From positions 186,001 to 250,000 of IMG/VR virus record IMGVR_UViG_3300005826_000294: DNA of 64,000 bases. One strand, given 5' to 3'. This document shows positions 9,298-19,200 of the stretch, piece after piece. The notes under the pieces are model-generated. The model did not search any database. It had not been told where the DNA came from and saw only the letters and a program-made list of their open reading frames with translations. Made by a program: the position numbers and the translations under genes. Within the stretch, counting starts at the first letter, position 1. The number at the start of each line of letters is the position of its first letter.

Positions 9298-12200
9298 TCT
9301 ATAATTCCTAATTGTTGTCCCATAGATAAAAGTGCTCTATTAAACATAGAAAGAAATTCCTCAAGATCTTTTAAGGTTCCAGGATCTTTACGCCTAAGGT
9401 TTCCAGAAACTTTATTAAGACCAGCTAAAATCTCAGCTACTCTTCTCCTAAGACGATTAAAATAAATTTTTCCTGCTTCTTCATATGTATTCGGAAGTTT
9501 TCTTGGACCACCTTTTTGACTTAATTGAGAATAAGCAAATGTCTTAAAATTATCGACAGTACTAAACCAAGTTCCACTCGGTAAATAGTTTATAGCCTGT
9601 TTTATATCATCAAGATTATCTAAAGTTTTTGGATAAAATAACCCTTTAATCCCAATATTTTTTGAGCCTGCTTGAAAATCAGTTCTTTTTTGATATGGCT
9701 CCTCTGTAACATTTGTTTCCCTACCTGAAATATTTTTTTCCATGCCTGGAACATTAGACTTTTGCCAAGGATAAGAAAAATGTTTCTCTTCAGTAAATGG
9801 ATCTAATAGTTCATTTTTCTGTCCAGATGGAGATTTTTTTTCCTGTAATAAATATTTTTGAAATTGATTGGTCAAATAATCAATTTGTTTTCTCCATTTT
9901 TGAACATATTCTGGAGCTTTCTTCACTATATTATATTCCTTATCATATGTATAGTCTAAAAGTTCCTTTAAATATTGTAAAGCACTACTGGGAGGAAAAG
10001 GTCTAGATCCTAATTTACCTTGCATATAATTTACAAATACTCTTGGATTTAATAAAGCTTCTAATGGAACATTAATTCCAGATTCAAGAGGAATAAAAGA
10101 AGTTCCTTCATTTTTTTTTCTTGAAGATATATAATTTATAATTTTAGAAGCATAAGATATTGAATTAGGTCTATCTCCATGTCTTTGACCTTTTGGATTA
10201 ACAATAGGTTTCATATGTTTTACTACAACAACAGGTGCTCCAGACAAAAAATTATTCCAAGCAATAGCAGTTTTTGGCCCCCAATATCCATCTATTGTTC
10301 CAGGATCAAAACCAGCACCTTTAAGGGCTTCTTGTAACTTTATAACATTTTCATCATTTTCTGGTTTTATATATTTTTTCTTCTGTTTTGAAACAGGAGT
10401 TGTTGTATTTTCTTTTGTAGTTTCTAAACTAAAACTAGGAGCACCATTACCAGCATTTTTAATAGAAGATGATTTAGTTATACTCTTTAATTTATTAAAA
10501 TAATCAGTTAATTCCTTAATGCTTTCATCATTAAGTTCAACATGATATGATTTATTAGGAGTACTTGTTACATTATATTTTCGTTCGTCTAACCATTTTG
10601 CTAATTTATCAACTATTTCATTTCCTTTTATTCTATCTCCTTTACCTAATTTTTCTGATATGATTTGATGATTTTTAGTAATAAAATTACCAAAATTATT
10701 TAAAATTTCTACATATTTGTTAATTCTATTTTTTTTAAATTTAATTCTTTCTTGTTTAAGTCTCTCTATAACATTCGTTGGTTTTTTAGATTCAGTTTCT
10801 GGTTTTATTAATTCTAACTTACCATTAAGTAATTTAATATATACTAATAATGATACATGATTGTCCTGATCAGATGAACCTAAAGCCTCATACATATTTA
10901 TTCCAATAGTTTTTGTTATTATATAAACAATGGCTTTTTTTAATAAAGCAACATAATTAGGTTTATTTAATGCAGTTTTAAAAAAACTTAAAGCAGTAGA
11001 ATAAATATGTTTAAGTTTTTGTCCCTCAGTATTATTTTCAAACAAATCTCTATCAATTACCTCTTTAAGTTTATTAATTATATCATTAGTTTTATTATAT
11101 ATATGTTGTGGTATAACATTTGGACTTGCCATTTTAATAGAATCGTATTCTACGGTCTTAGTCGAGACTTTCAAATCTTTGGAGTTAGCCGTCTCGGGAA
11201 CTATACTCCTATTTCCGAAAGGGAGCAACTCCGCGATTGTTTTATCAACAATCTGAGCTGCCTTTACATTTCCCTCATTCTCTAACTTATTGGCTGTAGC
11301 AATTAATTTTCCAATTACTTCAGCGACTTTACCTGTAGGAGCCTTTGTTGCTTTATCAACAACTTTCTTGTGCTCTTCTACAATAGTTTCAACCTTTCCA
11401 CCTTCATCAGAGGCAGGAGCCAATGTTGGACCACCACCAGGATGTGCCTGATTAATTAAATCATCACCAGTTTCTCCAGTAATATCATATAATTTTCCCG
11501 CAGCCTCGGAATATAATTTTGTTTGCCTATCAACAGCAATAGCGGCCTTTTCATTTCCTAACTTATCTAAATCATTAGCAAGAGAAATAAGCTCATTTAC
11601 AACAGAAGCAGTAACATCATCGGCTTTTGCCCAATCGGGAATTTTAAGATCCATAGAAGGCTCTCTGGTTTCTTTTTGTTCTCTAATTTGTTTAAGAGCA
11701 TTCATATATTGACTTCTATCTTTAATAGGACCACGAAGACCTTCACGTCTTAATTGTCTCATAACTGCTAAATGTTCACCTTCAGTTACTCCCTCAGGAA
11801 TACCTTTTACTTTATACTTGGTTTTCCAGTTTGGAGAAACAACAATATCACCAGGTTGTTGGCCAGGAATTTTATTTAAGGTACGATTTATTGTATCTTC
11901 AGTCATTTTATTAACATCAACATTTATAGGTTGATCAAGTTTAGGCATAGATTCAGCCCAATCAGCATAAGGATCCTTTGCATCATTGCTCATCATTTCA
12001 ACATTTCTTTTTCCTTCTGGATGCGTTTTCCATAAATCCATATTAGGACCTTTATCTTTCATCTCTGGTTCCTTTGTTAAAATTTTTTCTAAAGTTTTCA
12101 AACCATCTTCCCAAAGAGAAGCACTTCCCTCTGGAGCATGAATTTTACTTCTAACATCACTAATTTGTGGAATAAATTTTGAATAAGAATTTACAAAGTT

Positions 12201-12458
12201 ATCATCCATTAATACATTTCGTATAGCATCTAATGCGTTTTTTGAATTTGTTCCAAAAATTCCATCAACTTCTATAGGAACAAGAAGATCCAAAACAGGA
12301 TTAAATGATTTTAGATATTCTCCAACACGATTAATTAATTTTTGAATACTTTCAGCAAGAGTTCCTTTAAACATGGCTTCCTTTAGGGTCCACCCCTTTT
12401 CTTTGGCTATTTTATAAAATTCATCCATCCAAGATCCACCAAGATTAATATTTCGCAT
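9294..12458 (-). CDS. Large virion protein with two peptidoglycan-binding-like motifs and two helical-hairpin tags
   Basis: VDGIFGTNSKNAL and VIKLQEALKGAGFDPGTIDGYWGPKT (PG_binding_1-like). Confidence 0.65.
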   Translation of the reverse strand: MRNINLGGSWMDEFYKIAKEKGWTLKEAMFKGTLAESIQKLINRVGEYLKSFNPVLDLLVPIEVDGIFGTNSKNALDAIRNVLMDDNFVNSYSKFIPQISDVRSKIHAPEGSASLWEDGLKTLEKILTKEPEMKDKGPNMDLWKTHPEGKRNVEMMSNDAKDPYADWAESMPKLDQPINVDVNKMTEDTINRTLNKIPGQQPGDIVVSPNWKTKYKVKGIPEGVTEGEHLAVMRQLRREGLRGPIKDRSQYMNALKQIREQKETREPSMDLKIPDWAKADDVTASVVNELISLANDLDKLGNEKAAIAVDRQTKLYSEAAGKLYDITGETGDDLINQAHPGGGPTLAPASDEGGKVETIVEEHKKVVDKATKAPTGKVAEVIGKLIATANKLENEGNVKAAQIVDKTIAELLPFGNRSIVPETANSKDLKVSTKTVEYDSIKMASPNVIPQHIYNKTNDIINKLKEVIDRDLFENNTEGQKLKHIYSTALSFFKTALNKPNYVALLKKAIVYIITKTIGINMYEALGSSDQDNHVSLLVYIKLLNGKLELIKPETESKKPTNVIERLKQERIKFKKNRINKYVEILNNFGNFITKNHQIISEKLGKGDRIKGNEIVDKLAKWLDERKYNVTSTPNKSYHVELNDESIKELTDYFNKLKSITKSSSIKNAGNGAPSFSLETTKENTTTPVSKQKKKYIKPENDENVIKLQEALKGAGFDPGTIDGYWGPKTAIAWNNFLSGAPVVVVKHMKPIVNPKGQRHGDRPNSISYASKIINYISSRKKNEGTSFIPLESGINVPLEALLNPRVFVNYMQGKLGSRPFPPSSALQYLKELLDYTYDKEYNIVKKAPEYVQKWRKQIDYLTNQFQKYLLQEKKSPSGQKNELLDPFTEEKHFSYPWQKSNVPGMEKNISGRETNVTEEPYQKRTDFQAGSKNIGIKGLFYPKTLDNLDDIKQAINYLPSGTWFSTVDNFKTFAYSQLSQKGGPRKLPNTYEEAGKIYFNRLRRRVAEILAGLNKVSGNLRRKDPGTLKDLEEFLSMFNRALLSMGQQLGIIE

Positions 12459-12818
12459 TTATTTTACCTCCAGCAATAAAGCTTTAAGTTCCTGTATTGT
12501 TCTCTCTACCCTATATGCGGCTTTAATATTAGATAAATCTGCTAATTGTTCAGCTATTTTTTCTAAACCATAAATAAGTCTATTATTATTAGCAACTATC
12601 ATTTCTTTTTCAAAAGAATTATCAAGCAATTCATCGGCCGCATCGACAAGTTTCTTTTCATCACTCCAATCCTCCTCTTCCCACTTATTTTCATCTGTGG
12701 TAATAGGTTGATATGCCTCTGCTGAAGGATTTAAAACGTCATCAGCAAATTTTTCAAGTTCTTGCATAACTTCGCTCTTTTCCCATATAGCTCGATCTTC
12801 TCTTGAAAAAGTCATCAT
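12459..12818 (-). CDS. Small acidic protein with helical-hairpin tag
   Basis: LEKIAEQLADLSNIKAAYRVERTI. Confidence 0.6.
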   Translation of the reverse strand: MMTFSREDRAIWEKSEVMQELEKFADDVLNPSAEAYQPITTDENKWEEEDWSDEKKLVDAADELLDNSFEKEMIVANNNRLIYGLEKIAEQLADLSNIKAAYRVERTIQELKALLLEVK

Positions 12819-13966
12819 GCCTCCAGTAAATTCTCAAATTTATCTATATATTTATATTCAATTCCAAATGTTTTCTTATGACATTTTATACATAAACATA
12901 TTCCATTATTTATATCATATTTCTCATCTTTATTACAATCTCTAAAAGGCTTTATATGATGTGCTTGTAGCTTAATTCCTGTATTGTCAATAAATCCGCA
13001 CTCTTTACAACAAAACCTATCTCTTTTTAATATCTTTGTTCTCCAAATACCTTTTTTATCTAATGCTTCAGGTAAAGAAAACTTAATATTAAAACATCTC
13101 TTAAAAGTATTTTCATCTTTTTTTAACTTTAAACATTTAGATTTATTAACTATTTGTTTTCTAGTTTTATTAGGAAATAATATTTCTAATTCATCTATAG
13201 TATTGGAACTATAATTATGTTTTAATAATGATATTTCTTTATTACTCCAAAGCAAACTTTGTTTCTTTAATCCAAGTTTTTTAGCCATTCTTCTTATTTG
13301 CCTTCTACTTCTATCAGGCAAATTTTTCATTAAAAAAATATAATGTTTATTACTATAATTATTCTTTAAAAAAATAATTTCTTTATTAGTCCAATTATTC
13401 CTTTTATTTCCAAATAATTTGTTTCTTTTGGTTTTTATAGCACAAACACTTCTATTTAACTTTTTAGAAATCTCTTTATCGGTGTATCCTTTTTTCAACA
13501 AATTCTGCAATAAGTTAATTTCATTTTCTTTCCAATTTCCCTTAGAAAATTTATAAATTTTTATTCTTTCTTTTATTGTTTTCTTTGTTCTTCCAAGATA
13601 CTTAGATATTTCATCAATAGAAATGTTTTTGTTATAAAGATGTTTTAATAATAATATTTCTCTATTTTCCCATTTTTTTAATTTCTTTAATCCTAATTGC
13701 TTTGCCTTAATTCTAATAGATGTAATACTACGATTTAAAATTGAAGATATTTCATTTCCAGTCATAGATAAATAATTTTTAACAAGAAAATCAATTTCTT
13801 CTTTATTCCATCTAGAGGATTTTGCTCTATTAGATAAATCATTATTTATTATTAGATTTAGTTCTTTAGCAATATTATAAAGTTTATATATTGAAATATT
13901 TAAATTATTTGATAATTCTTTTCTAGACATACTATTCCAATTAGACTTTATATAATCTATAACCAT
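12815..13966 (-). CDS. Free-standing HNH endonuclease with N-terminal Myb/SANT-like Trp repeats
   Basis: Repeats W(N/T/S)xxEIxxL; C-terminal CKECG...LQAHHIKPF...NGICLCIKCH. Confidence 0.8.
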   Translation of the reverse strand: MVIDYIKSNWNSMSRKELSNNLNISIYKLYNIAKELNLIINNDLSNRAKSSRWNKEEIDFLVKNYLSMTGNEISSILNRSITSIRIKAKQLGLKKLKKWENREILLLKHLYNKNISIDEISKYLGRTKKTIKERIKIYKFSKGNWKENEINLLQNLLKKGYTDKEISKKLNRSVCAIKTKRNKLFGNKRNNWTNKEIIFLKNNYSNKHYIFLMKNLPDRSRRQIRRMAKKLGLKKQSLLWSNKEISLLKHNYSSNTIDELEILFPNKTRKQIVNKSKCLKLKKDENTFKRCFNIKFSLPEALDKKGIWRTKILKRDRFCCKECGFIDNTGIKLQAHHIKPFRDCNKDEKYDINNGICLCIKCHKKTFGIEYKYIDKFENLLEA

Positions 13967-14649
13967 AAAAACTCAATAGAACCATCTAAAGCACTAGGAG
14001 GTCCTACTACCATAGCAATTCCTGGATGGTTTTCCGTTAGTTGTCTAGTAGTAAGTTTCCCTTCTTCATTAACAAAAAGTGTAGCATTTAACGGGTACCT
14101 CTGTAAGGGATCAAACTGATCTGTAGAAAAAATACCTCTTTGAAACCATATCGTAACTCTATTGCTACCTATAGTCGTATCATCACCTGGTAAATTAGGA
14201 ACTTGATAAACATAATTAATAATAGTTTTTACACTATCATATTGTCCATCACTATTTTCATCCCAGTTTAATTTGCTTCCAGCAGGAAGAGTAACAATTC
14301 CATTTATTGGATTAAGAATTAAACCTTCATAATCAGCAATAAAACTTGAAGGCATAAGCCCAGCATTATTTAGTTCTTGTTTAGCATCTTCACCAGTATA
14401 AAAATTATAACCATCTGTCTGAATATCTACACCACGAATAATAACTATTTCATTATAAATTGTTTGTGTAAATGAATGGGTACGAATATCATCAATTATT
14501 CCAATTGGAGCTTTCCCGTCTGAAAGTCCAACAACAATATCTTGTCCTATTAATTTCATCTGACCTATCTGACCAGGTTGAAACGTAGATGAAATATCAA
14601 CGGGATAGGAAATTGGAAGGCCATTACCAGACTGGATAATCTTAAGCAT
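13957..14649 (-). CDS. Putative capsid decoration/cement protein paralog
   Basis: Shares QSG, GxIG, G(L/I)(Y/F)..D and L(Y/F)....G.LT with 6192..6845. Confidence 0.5.
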   Translation of the reverse strand: MLKIIQSGNGLPISYPVDISSTFQPGQIGQMKLIGQDIVVGLSDGKAPIGIIDDIRTHSFTQTIYNEIVIIRGVDIQTDGYNFYTGEDAKQELNNAGLMPSSFIADYEGLILNPINGIVTLPAGSKLNWDENSDGQYDSVKTIINYVYQVPNLPGDDTTIGSNRVTIWFQRGIFSTDQFDPLQRYPLNATLFVNEEGKLTTRQLTENHPGIAMVVGPPSALDGSIEFLWL

Positions 14650-14658
14650 TTTTACTCC

Positions 14659-14862
14659 TTATTTATTAGGGCTTTTTGTCTTACCATAACGCTTATAAAT
14701 CTGAACACGTTTTTTATCACTTAATTCATTATCCCAAATATCCCCAACAATCTTATTAACTCTTTTCATAGAATAATCTGGGTTTTTCTTTTTTACTTCT
14801 TCTTTCATCTCATCAAACCATCCCTTTGGAGCTTTATGCTCAGCACCTACAGGACTTTTCTC
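14659..14862 (-). CDS. 67-codon -1-frame continuation of 14847..15557 (frameshift extension or homopolymer error)
   Basis: Open frame EKSPVGAEHKAPKGWFDEMKEEVKKKNPDYSMKRVNKIVGDIWDNELSDKKRVQIYKRYGKTKSPNK*; its TAA overlaps the GGAG RBS of the next gene. Confidence 0.65.
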   Translation of the reverse strand, partial: EKSPVGAEHKAPKGWFDEMKEEVKKKNPDYSMKRVNKIVGDIWDNELSDKKRVQIYKRYGKTKSPNK

Positions 14863-15557
14863 TTTTTTTTTTGAGCTAATTTTGTTAAAGCTTCATCAAT
14901 TAAATTAGCAATATCATTAAAACCTTTTCCATCAAGGATATCAGCTACTTTAACTAAATGATTCATAGCAAAATCGGCAGCAACCATAGACTTTGCATCC
15001 CATGCCATCTCTACGGGCTCTTCATCTTCATCCTTCTTTAATTGACCACAAAGAGCACAAGAATCATCAGCAGGAACTACGGTTCCAGGCATCCCGTGAC
15101 CTTTTAGTTCATTAAACTTAGAATTGGCAGCTTCTTCAGCAGATTCGGCCTGGGCATCAGACATTCCAGGTTTATATGTATTTAATAATTCCATTACTTG
15201 ATTAGCATCTTCAGCTCTCGACAATAAATCCATAAATTGAGAATATGGAGTCTGATCTGAAGCATCATTAGTCATAGGAATAGTAGTCCCTGGACCACCC
15301 TTTGCAGATTCTCTTATTCTTACAGCTTCTTCAATAGTTCCGGGAAAAGAATTTTCCTCAGCTTCTAATTTTGCTTGATATTTATTCCAAAACTCATCAG
15401 CTTTTCTTGGATTTGTTTCAATAACTCTTTTAAACTCAACTAATACAGGACCACCTGCTTTTTTATCAAAAGCCTGTTTTACAAAATCTGCTCCAAGAGC
15501 ATTAGCCATGGCTTCAGCAATTTCGTTTGCGTTTTCAATCTTAAGACTGGTAGACAT
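14847..15557 (-). CDS. Virion-associated protein with helical-hairpin tag; ends just after an A10 run
   Basis: LVKVADILDGKGFNDIANLIDE; CAA AAA AAA AAG near the stop. Confidence 0.65.
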   Translation of the reverse strand: MSTSLKIENANEIAEAMANALGADFVKQAFDKKAGGPVLVEFKRVIETNPRKADEFWNKYQAKLEAEENSFPGTIEEAVRIRESAKGGPGTTIPMTNDASDQTPYSQFMDLLSRAEDANQVMELLNTYKPGMSDAQAESAEEAANSKFNELKGHGMPGTVVPADDSCALCGQLKKDEDEEPVEMAWDAKSMVAADFAMNHLVKVADILDGKGFNDIANLIDEALTKLAQKKKRKVL

Positions 15558-15574
15558 TTATGCCTCCTATTTGT

Positions 15575-15964
15575 TTATTTGCAATCTTTACAATCTGTTA
15601 ATGTAGCAAATTTTTGAAGAGTTTTATCTAAAATATTGGCAACTTCTACAAAACCTTTTTGATCAAGATCATCGGCAATTTTTGCTATACATTGTATGGC
15701 GAATTCAATTCCAGCTGTTTTATCATCAGCTTGAGAACCACATTTTGATTTAACTACATAATCATAAATTTTCTTTTTCTGGAAATCTTCGACAGGAACC
15801 CTAGCAGCAGAAGGATCATGATTTTTTAATGTTTCACAATCTAATGTATCTAAAAAATTTTTATACTCATCTAAAGAAATATATGTAATTTTAGCAGTCT
15901 TTTCAAGACTTTTTTCCATATCATAAAGAAGTCCATCATAATTTTTAGAATATGTATTAACCAT
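15575..15964 (-). CDS. Small protein with helical-hairpin tag
   Basis: IAKIADDLDQKGFVEVANILDK. Confidence 0.6.
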   Translation of the reverse strand: MVNTYSKNYDGLLYDMEKSLEKTAKITYISLDEYKNFLDTLDCETLKNHDPSAARVPVEDFQKKKIYDYVVKSKCGSQADDKTAGIEFAIQCIAKIADDLDQKGFVEVANILDKTLQKFATLTDCKDCK

Positions 15965-16148
15965 CAGTTTTATCCGCCTTTTTTCTACTATTAATTATCA
16001 TAGTTTTTCTTTTGGGTCGCCCAGGAGACCATATTTTATCATAATAGTCAAAATATCCTTCAATCTCTTCTGGTAATAACCCAAAATCTTTCAAAGATAT
16101 TGCATCTAACGCTCTTTCTTTTTTTGTAAATCTCATATCAGTCCTCAT
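15957..16148 (-). CDS. Hypothetical small protein
   Basis: Fills gap in operon, AAGGA upstream, overlaps next gene. Confidence 0.45.
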   Translation of the reverse strand: MRTDMRFTKKERALDAISLKDFGLLPEEIEGYFDYYDKIWSPGRPKRKTMIINSRKKADKTDG

Positions 16149-16164
16149 TTTTTTATAAGGAAAT

Positions 16165-16194
16165 AACCTTGGGAGTTTTTACACTCCCAAGGTT
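16165..16194 (-). terminator. 12-bp hairpin after protease/scaffold gene (weak U-tract)
   Basis: AACCTTGGGAGT-GTAAAA-ACTCCCAAGGTT. Confidence 0.5.
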
Positions 16195-16201
16195 TTAGAT
16201 A

Positions 16202-19200
16202 TTAATCAAATAACTTATTAAGTTGCCCAGTTAAATCAACTGAATCACTTGATACTTCACTAAAATCTTCATTAATTCCAACATTTAATGCTGGAGAGGC
16301 AGTTTTAGTAGAAGTTGGTTTAGATACGCGAGCTAAGGCTCTCTTAAAAGATTCAAAACTCTTATCATCAAAATTCATAATCTCATCAACCTGAGCATGT
16401 AATGCAGAAACATCACTAGCAATAAGTTCTTTTTCCTGCATACTTAGAGCAATATCATAAGCTCTACGCATTCTAATCTTTTCTTCATCTAAACTTGCTT
16501 GAACCTTCTTTTTAGTAAACTCTTTAGTAAGTTCTCCACCAAATTCAGAACTCTTCTTATCTCCCTCTCCAAAATAACCTTTCCAATATTTTGCAGCCTC
16601 AGGATCAACAGCAAGTGCCTTTAGTTTTTCAACATTATCAAGTTCATTCATATTAAGTTTTCCAGACTTTAATAAATTACCGAGATGATTCATTGCTTCT
16701 CTTACTTTTGGAAGATTTTGAACCTGCTTTAAAATTTCTTCATGCATCTCTACAATTCCCTCAACAACAGCTTCATTACTATTTATATCAAGCTGTCCAA
16801 GTTGCTGACTTCTACCAATAGGCATATCAGTATCAACGGTTGTCTGAGAATCTAATGAAAGTTGATATTTTGCACCAACCTCAGATGCTACTTTTTCACG
16901 CCATGAACGACGAGCAGAAGCAGACTTACTACACATCTCTTCTTCTTCTTCATCATCAGCCTGAAAATCATCAGCCTGAAAATCATCAAGCATTTGGGCT
17001 AATTCCGCATCTAAAGCATCCATGTCCATATCTTCTGCTTTTTCTTGAAAGATCTCTTCTTCATCAACTTCAAGATTTCCAAGACCATGTTCTTCTTCTT
17101 CCTTTTCCTTAGCAACAAACTTTTCAATTCCACCAAATGGAGAGAAAATCTCATCTAATATTTTTTTAACTTCATCTTTTTTTACTTCATCAATACCAAG
17201 ATCCTCTTCTCCCATAGCTTCTTTAGCAAGTTTACGACGATTATCAGCACGAGCTTTTAAAAGATCTTCTACTAGTAATTCAGCTTTACTCTTCTTGCTC
17301 TTCTTTTCTTCTTTTACTTCTTCCTCATCTTTTTTACTCTTCTTCTTTGGAGGAAATGTTTTCTCTTCCTTATCACTCTTCTTGCTCTTCTTTTCCTCAT
17401 CCTTCTCACTCTTCTTGCTCTTCTTTTCCTCGTCCTTCTCGTCCTTCTCACTCTTCTTGCTCTTCTTTTCCTCGTCCTTTTCACTCTTCTTCTCTTCTTT
17501 ATCACTCTTCTTGGCTTTCTTTGCTTTTACAATTAAAGAAGCCTGACTACGAAGTTCTACACTTGTATCAATAGCTTCAGAGGTTAAACGAAGTAGTTCG
17601 GAAGTAATAGGATCATTAGCACTCTGGCCACTCTTTACACGACCCTCAAGAGACTCGGCAAGCATAGCAAGTTCATCTGCACTTTCATCAAGACCAGAAT
17701 AAAGATCCTTAACATCTTCTTCATCTTCATCATATTCTTCATCATCTGCTTCAGAAATACCAGAAGTATCAAGATCAGCATCCTCACTCTTCTTACCAGA
17801 AAGTTCTTCACAAGCTTTCTCTAGATCACCAAGAGCTTTCTCAACTTCCTCAAGATGCTCGCTGGCGGCACTTAAAGCTGCCTTTACTGGATCTTCATCC
17901 TTATCACTAGGCATTTCTTTTTCATCTTTTGGCTCTGGTAGAGGCATTGGTGCTTCTGCTCCAGGCATAGGTGCTTCTGCTCCAGGCATAGGTGGCATCT
18001 CAGGAGGTGGTTGTGCTTCTTTTGTTAAAGTAATACCTTTAAGATAATATGCTACTTTACCAATTCCATCCTCACGGATTGCACGAAGAACCTCACGACC
18101 CCACTTTTTACTGGCCAAAACTTCCCAATTCTCATTTAATTCATCCTCATAAATCTCTGCTCCAGTAGCCTCAAGAATCTTTTCTGGACCAGCATAAATC
18201 TCCCAACGAGAATTTGGCTTATCAATTATAGTTTTATCTTCATTTTTATAAGCAACAACAAATTTGGCACGAAGCTGAGCACGAAGTAGCTTTTGTTTAA
18301 GAGCTTCTTCATTTCCATAACTTTCATAGCCAGGATGCATACCATCACTTCCAGATTCCATTCCCTGACCTTCCATTTGCTTATCACCCTTAGTTTTCAA
18401 CTGATCATTAGTAGGATCAACTGAATAGGTTTGAGGCTCATTTACACCGCCTCCACCTTGCCAATATGCTTCTTTCTTTGTGGTTTTTCCAACCATCTTT
18501 ACAAGATCTCTCGCATGTTGAATAACAGCATCATCTACAGCCTGCCAAGTTCCATCATTACTTAATGAGATAACAGTACCATCAGGAAGTTTTGCTACAG
18601 TTTTAGCTCCAACTTGTTTTGACTCAAGTTTTTCAGCTTCTTCAGCATTCTTCATAAGAGAATGTCTTGCATTCTTACGTTCATCCAATTCTGCTCTTGA
18701 AAGCATTTTCTTTAGATTTTCCTCTGACTGACCGAAACTATCATACCCAGGGTGGAGGCCCTCGCTTCCAGGCTCCATTCCCTGACCTTCCATTTGTTTG
18801 TCGCCCTTTGTTTTCAGCTGATCATTAGTAGGATCAACTGGATAGGGAGTAGTGGCAGGATCATTTACTCCACCGCCGCCCAAATGATAGGCGCTCTTAA
18901 ACATAGCACGTCGGGCTGCAGCCCTTTCACGAAGCTCTTTTCCAGACATTGATTGCTCCTCCTTGTTTGTTGTAGCTTTCTGGGCACCTGTCGCCATATC
19001 CCGAAGTGCAGTCTCCATAGCGCCCAGTTTTTTATTAATATTTGTAATAGTATTTTCCAAACTCACATTAGCAAGTCTGTTTCCTTCCATAGACCACTCG
19101 GGTGGTCCCGTATCATTTCCCTGTCCTGTATAACCTTTGCCAGTATCTCCCATTTCTGTTGTGCTTTGAGTAGCACTGGCTGGCTCTACTTCAACAGGTT

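Noticed and set aside
17295-17574. Low-complexity ORFs over the scaffold K/E repeat
   Set aside because: Alternate-frame artefacts of the coding repeat.
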